Virus record (IMG/VR): IMGVR_UViG_3300017902_000306 | Coordinates: 1-64,000 of that record | Source of the DNA: a virus | Taxonomy: Duplodnaviria > Caudoviricetes | Direction: 5' to 3' (one strand) | DNA length: 64,000 bases | Shown: piece by piece, positions 28,444 through 38,873 of the stretch | Layout: each line of letters opens with the position of its first letter | How positions within the stretch are numbered: position 1 is the first letter of the stretch | Made by a program: the position numbers and the translations under genes | Notes under the pieces: generated by a model | Told to the model about the DNA's origin: nothing | Database searches by the model: none | Seen by the model: only the letters and a program-made list of their open reading frames with translations

Positions 28444-29706
28444 ATGTCAGAAGAACTCTCTAAATTCTTTGCGGCGATTGCTGAGGAAAAGAAAAAATCC
28501 AAAGCAAAAACAAAGCAGCGCTCAAAGAAATCTGAGGATTTTATAAAACAGTTCTCTGAGGAATTTGAAAAACTAAAAGAACAAGAAGAACAACACAAAA
28601 GAGATGTCGCTGCTATGGAGGCATTTCTTACTCAACCTTCTCCGCCCAAACCAGAACCAGAATACATTGAGGAAGACACTGCCGAGGATGAAGGCAAGAT
28701 GATCTACGGTGGGATGTGGGAAGAACCAGAACCCGATCCAGAACCAGAGTTGATACCTGAGACTCCCCTACAAGAACAAGCTCTGGAATACTTGAAGACC
28801 AAGAAGAAAGAGATCGCTGAGGAATCTGCTGAAGTAGAGTCAATCAAGAAACAGATTCAAGACCTCAAGAAAAATATCACTAGTCTAAGTCTCGCCCAAC
28901 AGGGTATGGGTGGCGGTGGTGCCGTAAACATCCGAGACATGGATGATGTCGATAGGTCTACCGCACTTGTAAATGGTAAGTTTCTAAAATACAATTCTAC
29001 CACTGGTAAGTTTGTCGGTGCGGATGCAACTGCTGGAGACAGTGATGAGGCTGCGATACTAGACAACTCTGGGACACCAGAACTTGCAACAGGGATAACT
29101 GCGGCAGAAGTCAGGACTTTGATCGGAGCAGGAACTTCTACTTTCGATGGTGCATACGGTTCACTGTCGGGTAGACCAACAATTCCTGCTGCACCAGCTC
29201 TTGAAGATAACTCTGGAACTCCTGCTCTTGCCACTGGTATTACAGCTGCTGAGGTGAGAACTGCGATAGGGGCAGGGACTTCTAGTTTTGATGGCGCTTA
29301 CAGTTCTTTGAGTGGGAAACCTACTATTCCTGCCGCCCCAGCGCTTGAGGATAATTCTGGCACTCCTGCCCTCGCAACTGGTATCACTGCCGCAGAGGTG
29401 AGGACTGCTATTGGTGCGATTGATGACTACACGGTAACTGAATCAGATGTCACCGCACATCAAGCCGCACTTTCTATTACTGAGTCTCAGATAAGTGACT
29501 TGCAGACCTATGCTCTTGCTAGTTCTGTGAGTAATGTAACAAATGAAAGTAAGGCCACTATGTTTACTAGTGCTGCTCTGACAGGAACACCTACCGCTCC
29601 AACCGCCTCAACAGGCACAAATACTACTCAAATAGCCACTACTGCCTTTGTAAAAAACGAGATAGACGCACTCAAGGCCTTGTTATACGCTTACGACCAA
29701 TCCTAA
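28444..29706 (+). CDS. fibre/whisker-like structural protein (charged coiled-coil N-terminus, 48-aa repeats, tail-fibre repeat)
   Basis: IRDMDDVD, FLKYNSTTGKF; YSSLSGKPTIP repeats; ALTGTPTAPTASTGTNTTQIATTAFV phage fibre motif; sits at the T4 wac position before gp13. Confidence 0.65.
   Translation: MSEELSKFFAAIAEEKKKSKAKTKQRSKKSEDFIKQFSEEFEKLKEQEEQHKRDVAAMEAFLTQPSPPKPEPEYIEEDTAEDEGKMIYGGMWEEPEPDPEPELIPETPLQEQALEYLKTKKKEIAEESAEVESIKKQIQDLKKNITSLSLAQQGMGGGGAVNIRDMDDVDRSTALVNGKFLKYNSTTGKFVGADATAGDSDEAAILDNSGTPELATGITAAEVRTLIGAGTSTFDGAYGSLSGRPTIPAAPALEDNSGTPALATGITAAEVRTAIGAGTSSFDGAYSSLSGKPTIPAAPALEDNSGTPALATGITAAEVRTAIGAIDDYTVTESDVTAHQAALSITESQISDLQTYALASSVSNVTNESKATMFTSAALTGTPTAPTASTGTNTTQIATTAFVKNEIDALKALLYAYDQS
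29053..29418 (+). repeat. 2.5 tandem copies of a 144-bp (48-aa) unit
   Basis: The D codons of DNSGTP start at 29062, 29206 and 29350 (exact 144-nt period); amino acids nearly identical, third codon positions diverged. Confidence 0.9.
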
Positions 29707-29710
29707 ACAT

Positions 29711-29718
29711 TATAAATA
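29711..29718 (+). promoter_or_regulatory. T4-type late promoter
   Basis: Exact TATAAATA upstream of gp13. Confidence 0.8.
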
Positions 29719-29751
29719 ATGGCACTATAAACCTTTTTTGGGAGTTCTAAC

Positions 29752-30708
29752 ATGGCTTTGTCAACAAGACAGGAACTCATTGATTATTGTCTACGAAGAT
29801 TGGGGGCACCTGTCATCGAAGTCAATGTTGATGATGACCAAGTTTCAGATCGTATTGACGATGCCCTCCAACATTGGAATGAATATCATTTCGATGGCAC
29901 AGAAAGAACATACGTTAAACATAAATTAACTGGTTCTACTCTGACTCTTACCGGCAGTGCAACATTCACAGCAGGAGAGACCATTACTGGTGGGACATCT
30001 GGAGCGAAAGCAACAGTTCATAAAAGTAGTTCTGGAACCTCTGTGGTCTACGAAAAGACCTCAACCGCCGCACCGTTTGAGGCAAACGAAACAATCACTG
30101 GCGCAGACTCAGGAACAACTGCTACTATTCAGAGTATATCAAAGGGCGATATAGAGAACGGATTCATTACTGTCAGCAACAACATTCTCACCATTGTGAG
30201 GGTGTTTAAGTTTGGTGCGATTGTCGGTTCTAAGTCGGATGGTCTATTCGATGTAGACTATCAGTTTGCACTGAACGATCTATACAATCTACTCTCTGCT
30301 GACATCACATACTATGCGATGACAAAAACGCATATGACTACATTGGAACAACTGTTCCGAAATGAAAGACAGATTCGCTGGAATAGAAAGACAAACAAAT
30401 TACACATAGATGCAGACCTTGGAGAGACATACGACATAGATGATTATGTTGTCGCAGAAGCTTACGCTATACTAGACCCCTCCACATACACTGAGGTGTA
30501 TGATGACATGTTCTTGAAAAGGTATGCTACTGCTTTGATCAAGAGACAGTGGGGAGAGAACTTGAAAAAGTTTGCCGGCATCCAGATGCCAGGCGGAGTA
30601 ACACTGAACGGAGATCAGATTTATCAGGAGGCAATAGCAGAGATTCAGCAGATCGAAGAAGAAATGCAATTGAAATATGAACTGCCCCCAACTTTGATGG
30701 TAGGATAA
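29752..30708 (+). CDS. gp13: neck protein gp13
   Basis: RQELIDYCLRRLGAPVIEVNVDDDQV.DRIDDALQ, KRYATALIKRQWGENL.KF.GIQMPGGVTLNG. Confidence 0.95.
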   Translation: MALSTRQELIDYCLRRLGAPVIEVNVDDDQVSDRIDDALQHWNEYHFDGTERTYVKHKLTGSTLTLTGSATFTAGETITGGTSGAKATVHKSSSGTSVVYEKTSTAAPFEANETITGADSGTTATIQSISKGDIENGFITVSNNILTIVRVFKFGAIVGSKSDGLFDVDYQFALNDLYNLLSADITYYAMTKTHMTTLEQLFRNERQIRWNRKTNKLHIDADLGETYDIDDYVVAEAYAILDPSTYTEVYDDMFLKRYATALIKRQWGENLKKFAGIQMPGGVTLNGDQIYQEAIAEIQQIEEEMQLKYELPPTLMVG

Positions 30709-30709
30709 A

Positions 30710-31456
30710 ATGGCAACCAATGTCTACTTCCAATCAGGCCTAACCTCTGGCACAACCAATGAACAACGACTAGTTGAAGATTTGGTTATAGAAAGTCTGA
30801 AGATATATGGACACGATGTGTTCTATCTTCCAAGAACTATTGTGAACAGAGATACTATCTTTGACGAAGATGCTTTGTCAAGTTTTACGCAAGCCTATCC
30901 AGTAGAGATGTATCTGGAAAATGTAGACGGTTATGAAGGTGAAGGAGATTTATTCACCAAGTTTGGCATAGAGATTAGAGATCAAGCAACTTTTGTTCTG
31001 TCTAAAAGAAGATGGGAAGAAGTTGTCGATACGTCTGGCGGAACATTCCAATTGGATGCTAGGCCTGCTGAGGGTGATCTGATATACTTCAGCAAAACTA
31101 AATCTGTTTTTGAAATAAAAATGGTAGAGTTTCAGAATCCATTCTACCAGTTAGGAAAAATTTATGTATTCAGATTGCGTTGTGAGTTGTTTGACTACGG
31201 TTCAGAAGTTCTTGATACTGGTGTCACAGACCTTGACGCAATCGAAGATTCAAATAGTTTGGACATGTTGCAATTCCAGTTTACTTTGGAGAACGGAGAC
31301 AAGTTGCAGTTGGAAGATCGTTCATCCCTTATCTTGGAGAGTTACTCAACACAGAAATCAAATGCGAATACAGACAACGCAGACTTTGATGTGTTCCAAG
31401 CTCAAGATGATATCGTGGACTTCACGGAAATCAATCCATTTGGTGAGTTAAGATAA
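30710..31456 (+). CDS. gp14: neck protein gp14
   Basis: EQRLVEDLVIESLKIYGHDVFYLPR, DLFTKFGIEIRDQ, RPAEGDLIYF, FYQLGK.YVFRLRCELF. Confidence 0.95.
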   Translation: MATNVYFQSGLTSGTTNEQRLVEDLVIESLKIYGHDVFYLPRTIVNRDTIFDEDALSSFTQAYPVEMYLENVDGYEGEGDLFTKFGIEIRDQATFVLSKRRWEEVVDTSGGTFQLDARPAEGDLIYFSKTKSVFEIKMVEFQNPFYQLGKIYVFRLRCELFDYGSEVLDTGVTDLDAIEDSNSLDMLQFQFTLENGDKLQLEDRSSLILESYSTQKSNANTDNADFDVFQAQDDIVDFTEINPFGELR

Positions 31457-32460
31457 TGTTTAATAATCAACAATTTTATCACAAACATACAAAGAAAGCA
31501 ATCATTGCTTTCGGGACTATCTTCAACCAGATCAATATCAGGCGTTTGGACTCGTCTGGTAATTTGTCACAGTCGATTAGAGTTCCCCTCGCATACTCGC
31601 CAAAACAGAAGTTTCTCTCTAGGATTGCACAGATACCAGACGCCACTACCAGAGGAGAAGTGGCAATCACTCTGCCCAGAATGGGATTTGAGATACTTGG
31701 ATTTAATTTTGATCCCACTAGAAAGATATCACCCGTTCAAAAAAATCTTGCAGTTGGTTCTGGTCAAGACGCAAATACATTCAAAAGAGGATTTGTATCT
31801 ACCCCGTATGATATGCAAATGGGTTTGTATATCTTTGCAAAGAACCAAGAGGATGCGCTACAAATTGTAGAACAAATTCTACCATACTTCAATCCAGACT
31901 TCAGTGTGACAGTAAACGACTTGCCTGAGTTGGGAATCAAACGAGACATCAAGATTGTCATGGATAGTGTTGCGTTTGAAGATGATTATGAAGGTGACTT
32001 TGCATCTCGTAGAAGTATCATATGGACTATGACGTTTACCATGAAACTAAACTACTACGGGTTTGTAGCAGATCAAGGGTTTATCAAAAAGTCTATTGCA
32101 CAGACTTACGAAAACATAGACATGGATGGCCCGCATATCAGACAGACGTTTGAGATTCAACCCACGGTTGCAACAGGAACCGCCACTGTGGCAGGGGGAT
32201 CGTTGACGGGTATCACCATAACCTATGGTGGCAAAGGTTACACTGATACAAGTCCACCCAATATAACTATAGATGGAAACGCAAGAGCTCACGCAGAGAC
32301 AACAAATGGTGTTGTGACTAAAATTGTCATTGATGATGCCGGATCGGGGTATGTGACTGCTCCTACAGTTACATTTGAAAACCCACCAGACTTCAAAGCG
32401 AATCCATTCAAGGATGATCCACATAGGTTCGTAGAAGAATTTTTACAGGTTTATGAATAA
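31456..32460 (+). CDS. gp15: tail sheath stabiliser/completion protein gp15 with C-terminal extension
   Basis: IIAFGTIFNQINIRR, IRVPLAYSPKQKFLSR, LPRMGFE, QIVEQILPYFNPDF. Confidence 0.93.
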   Translation: MFNNQQFYHKHTKKAIIAFGTIFNQINIRRLDSSGNLSQSIRVPLAYSPKQKFLSRIAQIPDATTRGEVAITLPRMGFEILGFNFDPTRKISPVQKNLAVGSGQDANTFKRGFVSTPYDMQMGLYIFAKNQEDALQIVEQILPYFNPDFSVTVNDLPELGIKRDIKIVMDSVAFEDDYEGDFASRRSIIWTMTFTMKLNYYGFVADQGFIKKSIAQTYENIDMDGPHIRQTFEIQPTVATGTATVAGGSLTGITITYGGKGYTDTSPPNITIDGNARAHAETTNGVVTKIVIDDAGSGYVTAPTVTFENPPDFKANPFKDDPHRFVEEFLQVYE

Positions 32461-32891
32461 TGAGTAGAAATAAAGTATTTGATGCACTGGACAAAACGTT
32501 CAAAACAATGCCAACGGAGTCAAACCCCGTGAAGGCGCCAGCGCTTAGTGATAAGAATGATGTCAATACAGACTTTCGTAAGGCAAGAGAGACCCTAGAA
32601 AAGGCCATGTCATACAGTGAACAGGCCGCAGAGGGTATTTTGAATGTTGCTATGAGTAGCGACAACCCTCGTGCCTATGAGGTTGCCGGTCAGATCATCA
32701 AGACGATGGGTGAACAGGCAAAAGATATGATGGAGGTTCAAGAGAAAAAACATCGTATAGATGATAAGACGGGTGAGACTCAACCCAGAATCCAAACGCA
32801 AAACAATGTTGTGTTTGCTGGAACCACAAGTGATATCTTGAAAGCAATTCGTGATGAGGAATCAAAGACAATAGAACATGAACCAGATTGA
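32460..32891 (+). CDS. gp16: terminase small subunit
   Basis: DF..ARETL, ILNVA.SSDNPRAYEVAGQIIK, NNVVFAGTTSDILK. Confidence 0.92.
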   Translation: MSRNKVFDALDKTFKTMPTESNPVKAPALSDKNDVNTDFRKARETLEKAMSYSEQAAEGILNVAMSSDNPRAYEVAGQIIKTMGEQAKDMMEVQEKKHRIDDKTGETQPRIQTQNNVVFAGTTSDILKAIRDEESKTIEHEPD

Positions 32892-34506
32892 TACTTCTTA
32901 CCATGGCAATCCCAATCTAAAACCAGTTGGATATCAACACGATTTTACAAAGAAACAGTTAGAAGAATTTGTAAAGTGTGCAAAAGACCCAATCTATTTT
33001 ATTGAGAACTATTGCCAAATAGTAACACTTGACGCTGGACTACAACCATTCAAGTTGTATGAGTGTCAGAAAAGAAAAGTAGACTTCATTATGAATAATC
33101 GAAAGACTATTCTGATGGAGGGCAGACAGCAGGGTAAAACTGTCACTGCGGCTGCGTGTATTCTACACTACACTATCTTCCAAGACAATAAGATGGTTGC
33201 CATCATGGCAAACAAGACCGCAGCTGCTCGTGAAGTTCTGAACAGATATCAGATCATGTATGAGAATCTACCTATCTGGATGCAACAGGGTGTCAAGACA
33301 TGGAACAAAGGTGACGTTGATCTGGAGAATGGATCACGAGTATTCACCTCTGCAACCACAACATCTGGTATTCGTGGTAAGTCAGTCAACTGGTTGTATA
33401 TTGATGAGGCGGCGATCATCCCAAACAACATTGCGGATGAGTTCTTTGCATCTGTATATCCTACAATTTCTGCTGGTGAAACCACAAAGATTCTTTTGAC
33501 ATCTACGCCACTAGGATACAATCATTTCTGGAAGTTCTGGAATGAGGCAGAGAAGGGAACCAATGGATTTGAAAATATGTTCGTCCACTACACGGAGATT
33601 CCAGGCCGTGATGATGCGTGGGCAGAGGAACAGTTCAAACTTCTGGGTGAGATCAAGTATAATCAGGAAGTCTTGTGTGAGTTCTTGGGGTCAACGAATA
33701 CGCTGATCAGTGGTAAAGCACTGTCAATGATGTCATCCAAAGAGATCGTTTACAAGAAGGATGGACTAGACATTTATGAAGAACCTCAACAAGATAAATA
33801 TTATGTAATCACATCCGATACCTCACGGGGTATTGGTGGTGATTTTTCTGCTTTTATTGTAGTAGATATAACAGAGATGCCATTTAGGGTAGTTGGAAAG
33901 TTCAGAGATAATAAAGTCTCTCCACTTCTATACCCAGATTTTATTGCTCGTGTTGCGAAGGACTACAATAATGCTTATGTATTGATAGAGAATAACGATA
34001 TAGGTCAACAGGTAGTTGACATATTGCATCAAGAACTGGAGTATGAAAACATCTTCAGCACGGTGCAAGAAAAAAATAAACAGTATGTATCGCCGGGCTT
34101 TGGCAAACAAACTACATTGGGGGTTCGGACATCAAAAGCAGTAAAGAGACAGGGTTGTTTAGCACTTAAAAGTCTTGTAGAAGAAACAAAGTTTTTAATT
34201 TGGGATGCTGATTGTATTAATGAGTTATCTACATTCGTAGAAAAGGGAGGTTCTTTCTCTGCGGATGAAGGTTATCACGATGATCTCGCAATGTGTATGG
34301 TTTTATTTGCGTGGTTGTCTACAAATACATTCTTCAAAGATTTAACAAATGTTAATATCAGAGAAGGATTATATAATGCTGAGATGAGGTCGATACAAAC
34401 TGACCTCACTCCATTCGGGTTCGTAGATGATGGACTTGAGCCGGAGGCAGAAGTGATTGATGGTGACTACTGGATGTGGGCAGATGAGAGAAAAGATTTT
34501 TTATAA
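32878..34506 (+). CDS. gp17: terminase large subunit
   Basis: YHGNPNLK, GRQQGKT (Walker A), YIDEAAII (Walker B), TSTPLG, DTSRG, HDDLAM. Confidence 0.98.
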   Translation: MNQIDTSYHGNPNLKPVGYQHDFTKKQLEEFVKCAKDPIYFIENYCQIVTLDAGLQPFKLYECQKRKVDFIMNNRKTILMEGRQQGKTVTAAACILHYTIFQDNKMVAIMANKTAAAREVLNRYQIMYENLPIWMQQGVKTWNKGDVDLENGSRVFTSATTTSGIRGKSVNWLYIDEAAIIPNNIADEFFASVYPTISAGETTKILLTSTPLGYNHFWKFWNEAEKGTNGFENMFVHYTEIPGRDDAWAEEQFKLLGEIKYNQEVLCEFLGSTNTLISGKALSMMSSKEIVYKKDGLDIYEEPQQDKYYVITSDTSRGIGGDFSAFIVVDITEMPFRVVGKFRDNKVSPLLYPDFIARVAKDYNNAYVLIENNDIGQQVVDILHQELEYENIFSTVQEKNKQYVSPGFGKQTTLGVRTSKAVKRQGCLALKSLVEETKFLIWDADCINELSTFVEKGGSFSADEGYHDDLAMCMVLFAWLSTNTFFKDLTNVNIREGLYNAEMRSIQTDLTPFGFVDDGLEPEAEVIDGDYWMWADERKDFL

Positions 34507-34509
34507 ATA
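34502..34509 (+). promoter_or_regulatory. T4-type late promoter
   Basis: Exact TATAAATA upstream of gp18. Confidence 0.8.
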
Positions 34510-34564
34510 ATTCTCAGGAACAACTATTTATTAGTAATAAAACCGAAATACGAAGGAGAACAAC

Positions 34565-36517
34565 ATGGCTTTCCAGATTTCACCTGGCGTCTTAGTCCAA
34601 GAAAAAGACATTTCCAACGTAGTCCCAGCAGTAGCGACCACTATTGGCGGCATCGTTGGAAACTTTCAGTGGGGGCCGGTTCAAGAGATTGTATCAATTG
34701 ACTCGGAAAATGAATTAGTAGACACGTTTGGCAAACCAACCACTTCTGTGTTCTATGATCACATGGTTGCATCAAGCTTTCTTGCTTATGGTTCTGAACT
34801 TTTAGTTGTCAGGGCCGCAGCGGAAGCTACCGCAAAAAATGCTGGTTCAAAAGGAACCGCTATCTTAGTTAAGGGCGAAGATGACTACGAAAGTAAATCT
34901 TCTAGTGCTCTTGCTGCTGTCGGGCCTTGGGTTGCAAGATTCCCAGGCACCCTTGGTAACAACTTAAAAGTTGAAATGGCAGATAAGTTTTCATCAACAA
35001 ATACTAGTATCGCCTCAATCGCACTTGACTCTGCTGATTCTGCTGGCGACAGAACTACTGCAACGGTTGCTATTTCTGCACCCGATCTTGCAACTGCTTC
35101 TGGTGGTGTTCAGGCAACTGCAACTGCTACTATTGCTGGTGGTAACATCACTGCTATCGTTGTTACACATCCAGGCTTTGGTTACACTGGAACACCTACC
35201 GTAACTATCTCAGCTGACGGAACGGGAACTCCTGCTGCTACTGCAACAAAGAGCACCAAGTGGACATATGCTGATGACTTTGATGACACACCAGGCACTA
35301 GTGATTGGGCAACCGATAACGGTGCATCTGACGATGAACTTAACGTCATCGTAATTGACGAAGATGGTGGTATCACTGGTTTCGCTGGAACTATCATTGA
35401 GAAGTATGCAAATGTATCAAAGGCTTCTGATGCTAGGGATGATGTCAACCAGAGTAACTACTACCCAACTGTAATTAACAATGGGTCTAAGTGGATTCGA
35501 TGGGCAGGACACATTGATACTGGAGCAAATTGGGGCACCGCCACTACTGGTGGAACCACATATGATCCAATGGACGCTCAAGATGCTGAACAGGCACGTT
35601 CACTATCTGGTGGTGTAGATAGCACACCAGTTTCAGGAGATATTACTAACGGATACGACTTGTTCGCAAATGACGAGCTCGTTGACATCTCTTTGGTTCT
35701 AAACTCTAACCACGGTAAGGCTGTCGCAAACCATATCATCGACAACATTTGCGAAGTTCGTAAAGATTGTCTTGCGTTTCTCTCGCCGGAAGCCGGAAGT
35801 GTTGTCCCAGGCCAAGTTTCTGTTGGAGCTGAAGCAACATCAATCGTAGCGGAACTTGCCGCAAACTCAATGACCCGATCTTCTTTCTCTGTCTTTGACA
35901 GTGGATGGAAGTATATGTATTGTAAGTATACTGACAGATATGTATACGTTCCGTTGAATGGTGATATTGCTGGAACGTGTGTTATCACTGACCGCACCGA
36001 TGATCCTTGGTTCTCACCCGCTGGTTTCAGCCGTGGTGTGATTAAAAACGCAGTCAAACTTGCTTACTCACCGAGGAAAGCAGATAGGGATACTCTCTAC
36101 AAGAATGGTATCAACCCTGTTATTAACTCGCCTGGGGCTGGTATAGTTCTGTTTGGTGACAAGACTATGCTCGCCAAACCTTCTGCATTTAATCGAATCA
36201 ATGTTCGCCGTCTGTTCATTGTGCTTGAGAAAGCAATTGCAACTGCTGCTAAATTCCAGTTGTTTGAGTTCAACGATGCGTTCACAAGGGCACAATTTGT
36301 TGCGTTGGTCGAACCGTTCTTGCGTGATGTTCAAGGACGTAGGGGTGTTTATGACTTCCGTGTAGTCTGTGACGAAACGAATAACACTCCACAGGTTATT
36401 GACTCTAACGAGTTTAGGGCTGACATATTCATTAAACCTGCTAAGTCTATCAACTTCATCACTCTTACATTCGTTGCTACCAGAACTGGTATCTCGTTTG
36501 AAGAACTTGGCGCTTAA
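34565..36517 (+). CDS. gp18: tail sheath protein
   Basis: FQISPGVLVQEKD, WFSPAGFSRG, LFGDKT, RINVRRLF, FEFNDAFTR, IKPAKSINFITLTF. Confidence 0.98.
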   Translation: MAFQISPGVLVQEKDISNVVPAVATTIGGIVGNFQWGPVQEIVSIDSENELVDTFGKPTTSVFYDHMVASSFLAYGSELLVVRAAAEATAKNAGSKGTAILVKGEDDYESKSSSALAAVGPWVARFPGTLGNNLKVEMADKFSSTNTSIASIALDSADSAGDRTTATVAISAPDLATASGGVQATATATIAGGNITAIVVTHPGFGYTGTPTVTISADGTGTPAATATKSTKWTYADDFDDTPGTSDWATDNGASDDELNVIVIDEDGGITGFAGTIIEKYANVSKASDARDDVNQSNYYPTVINNGSKWIRWAGHIDTGANWGTATTGGTTYDPMDAQDAEQARSLSGGVDSTPVSGDITNGYDLFANDELVDISLVLNSNHGKAVANHIIDNICEVRKDCLAFLSPEAGSVVPGQVSVGAEATSIVAELAANSMTRSSFSVFDSGWKYMYCKYTDRYVYVPLNGDIAGTCVITDRTDDPWFSPAGFSRGVIKNAVKLAYSPRKADRDTLYKNGINPVINSPGAGIVLFGDKTMLAKPSAFNRINVRRLFIVLEKAIATAAKFQLFEFNDAFTRAQFVALVEPFLRDVQGRRGVYDFRVVCDETNNTPQVIDSNEFRADIFIKPAKSINFITLTFVATRTGISFEELGA

Positions 36518-36556
36518 TAGAGTAGATAAATAACATACAGACAGGAGAAAAGATAG

Positions 36557-37072
36557 ATGAACATTGAGGAATTTAAGGCTAGACTGGGCGCCGGTGGTGC
36601 TCGCCCTAATCAGTTCCGTGTGAAACTTGCGTTTCCCGGCTACGTTAGTGGTGCAGACCCATCTTACAGTCTACTCGTAACAGGCGCCGCACTTCCGGCA
36701 TCTAACGTAAACCCAGCGATTATCCAGTATAGGGGTCGTGAGGTGAAGTTGGCCGGTGAAAGGATTTTTGATCCTTGGACAATCACGATAGTCAATGACT
36801 CGGAATTCAGTTTGCGAGGCCCGTTTGAGGATTGGATGAACGGACTGAATGATCGGGAAACGAATGAGGGTATTCTTGCTCCTCGTGACTATCAAACTGA
36901 CATCATTGTGGAACATCTTGATCGTAATGATCAGGTATTGCCTGGCGGTGTTTACACCCTACGCAATGCGTTCCCCATCCAGATGTCTGAAATTGCATTG
37001 AACTATGCACAGAATGATATTTTTGAAGAATTCACGGTGACTTGGCAATACTCACATTACGATGTAGCCTAA
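36557..37072 (+). CDS. gp19: tail tube protein
   Basis: GGARPNQFRV, YRGREVKLAGERIFDPWTITIVND, EEFTVTWQY. Confidence 0.97.
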   Translation: MNIEEFKARLGAGGARPNQFRVKLAFPGYVSGADPSYSLLVTGAALPASNVNPAIIQYRGREVKLAGERIFDPWTITIVNDSEFSLRGPFEDWMNGLNDRETNEGILAPRDYQTDIIVEHLDRNDQVLPGGVYTLRNAFPIQMSEIALNYAQNDIFEEFTVTWQYSHYDVA

Positions 37073-37093
37073 ATCACAGTGGTGGGATAAATT

Positions 37094-38602
37094 ATGGAAT
37101 TATTTGGATACGAAATTAAGCGATCCAAAACATCCAAAGGAGAGAAGTCTTTTGTCGCTCCTACGGATGATGGATCGCTCGAGTCGATTAAGGCTGGTGG
37201 TTACTACGGAACCTACTTTGATATAGAAGGAACCGCTAATAACGAGAGCCAGTTGATTAAAAGATACAGAGACATCTCTATGATGGGAGATGTTGACGCT
37301 GCTATTGAGGACGTTGTAAATGACTCAATCAGTAATCTGGAAGATGAGAAACCTGTTGTCCTTGACCTTGATAATGTAAAGTTATCTGCATCGGTCAAAA
37401 AGACAATGGTAGAGGAGTTCAATAACGTATTGTCGATATTGGATTTCAATACGAAGGCTCAAGATTACTTTAGGCGGTGGTATATTGATGGAAGGATTTA
37501 CTTCCACAAAGTTATTGATATGGATAGTCCGAAGGATGGACTAAAAGATATTCGATACGTTGACCCAAGGAAAATCCGAAAGGTCAGAGAAGTAAAGAAA
37601 GAGAAAGACAAACAGACTCAGGTTACTCTGGTCAAAGATGTAAATGAGTATTTTGTTTTTGATGAAAAGGGAATTGCTTTAACAAGTAGTCAACAATATA
37701 AAACAGATGTTGTCAACGATAAAGCAATCAAGGTTAGTAAGGACGCAGTATGTTACTGCACTTCTGGTCTGGTAGATCAGGACAGAAACATACCACTATC
37801 TTTCCTTCACAAGGCGATACGCCCCGCTAACCAACTTAGAATGATGGAAAATGCGGTGGTGATTTATCGTATCACCCGTTCTCCAGAAAGAAGAATTTTT
37901 TATATAGATGTTGGTAATCTGCCTACAGGTAAGGCGGAACAATATCTAAAAGATGTTATGAATCGGTATCGTAACAAGTTAGTTTACGATTCTGAAACTG
38001 GAGAAATCCGTGATGACAAGAAGTTTATGTCAATGCTTGAAGACTTCTGGTTACCACGGAAAGAAGGTGGCAGAGGAACAGAGATTCAAACATTGCCTGG
38101 GGGCCAGAACTTAGGTGAGATTGAAGATGTAGTTTATTTTCAGAAGAAACTATATCAATCACTCAACGTTCCTGTCTCTAGGTTAGAACAACAGACGGGT
38201 CTGAACTTTGGTCGGTCTGCTGAGATTACAAGAGATGAACTCAAGTTTACTAAGTTCATTTCTAAACTGAGAAAAAGGTTCTCTGGTGTCTTTGATGATT
38301 TACTCAAGACACAGTTGATACTTAAAGGAGTAATCAACGAAACAGAGTGGCCTGAGATCAGAGAAGACATCATGTATAAGTTTGCTTCTGATGCTTACTA
38401 TACAGAGTCAAAGGAACAGGAAGTTCTGAGGAGTAGAGTTGAAATACTGAATAGTGTTGCACCATTTGTAGGTCAGTTGTTCAGTAAGGAATACGTTCAG
38501 AAAAATGTGTTGCGATTGACAGATGATGAAATTGCTTTGATGGATCAACAGATCGGAGCAAGTCAACCAGAAGATAATGTAGTAGGAGATAATAATGAGT
38601 GA
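37094..38602 (+). CDS. gp20: portal protein
   Basis: FRRWYIDGRIYFHK, LHKAIRPANQLRMMENAVVIYRITRSPERRIFYIDVGNLP, EDFWLPRKEGGRGTEI. Confidence 0.98.
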   Translation: MELFGYEIKRSKTSKGEKSFVAPTDDGSLESIKAGGYYGTYFDIEGTANNESQLIKRYRDISMMGDVDAAIEDVVNDSISNLEDEKPVVLDLDNVKLSASVKKTMVEEFNNVLSILDFNTKAQDYFRRWYIDGRIYFHKVIDMDSPKDGLKDIRYVDPRKIRKVREVKKEKDKQTQVTLVKDVNEYFVFDEKGIALTSSQQYKTDVVNDKAIKVSKDAVCYCTSGLVDQDRNIPLSFLHKAIRPANQLRMMENAVVIYRITRSPERRIFYIDVGNLPTGKAEQYLKDVMNRYRNKLVYDSETGEIRDDKKFMSMLEDFWLPRKEGGRGTEIQTLPGGQNLGEIEDVVYFQKKLYQSLNVPVSRLEQQTGLNFGRSAEITRDELKFTKFISKLRKRFSGVFDDLLKTQLILKGVINETEWPEIREDIMYKFASDAYYTESKEQEVLRSRVEILNSVAPFVGQLFSKEYVQKNVLRLTDDEIALMDQQIGASQPEDNVVGDNNE

Positions 38603-38873
38603 TGGAGAAACAGTCGAAGTAGAAGTATCAGATGAGGTTACGCCCCAAGATGCTATCAGAAATATGATGGATAAGTGGGCCGATGGTGATCTTACTGGTG
38701 CTAACGATGAGTTCTTTGCAATGATGAATAAAAGGGCGGATGACATGCTTGCCGTAAGAAAAGCAGAAGTTGTTCCTCAGATTTTCAATGATCCAGAAAT
38801 GCAAGCTATGGGGTTAGAAGATGCTCCAGAAGCAGAAGAACCAGAAGAAGAGGCCACAAATGAAGACGTTTAA
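38595..38873 (+). CDS. small acidic protein (prohead core gp67-like position)
   Basis: 92 aa, very acidic, directly after the portal gene. Confidence 0.55.
   Translation: MSDGETVEVEVSDEVTPQDAIRNMMDKWADGDLTGANDEFFAMMNKRADDMLAVRKAEVVPQIFNDPEMQAMGLEDAPEAEEPEEEATNEDV

Noticed and set aside
29053-29418. CRISPR-like or mobile-element repeat
   Set aside because: The repeats are in-frame coding units with no spacers and no cas or transposase genes.
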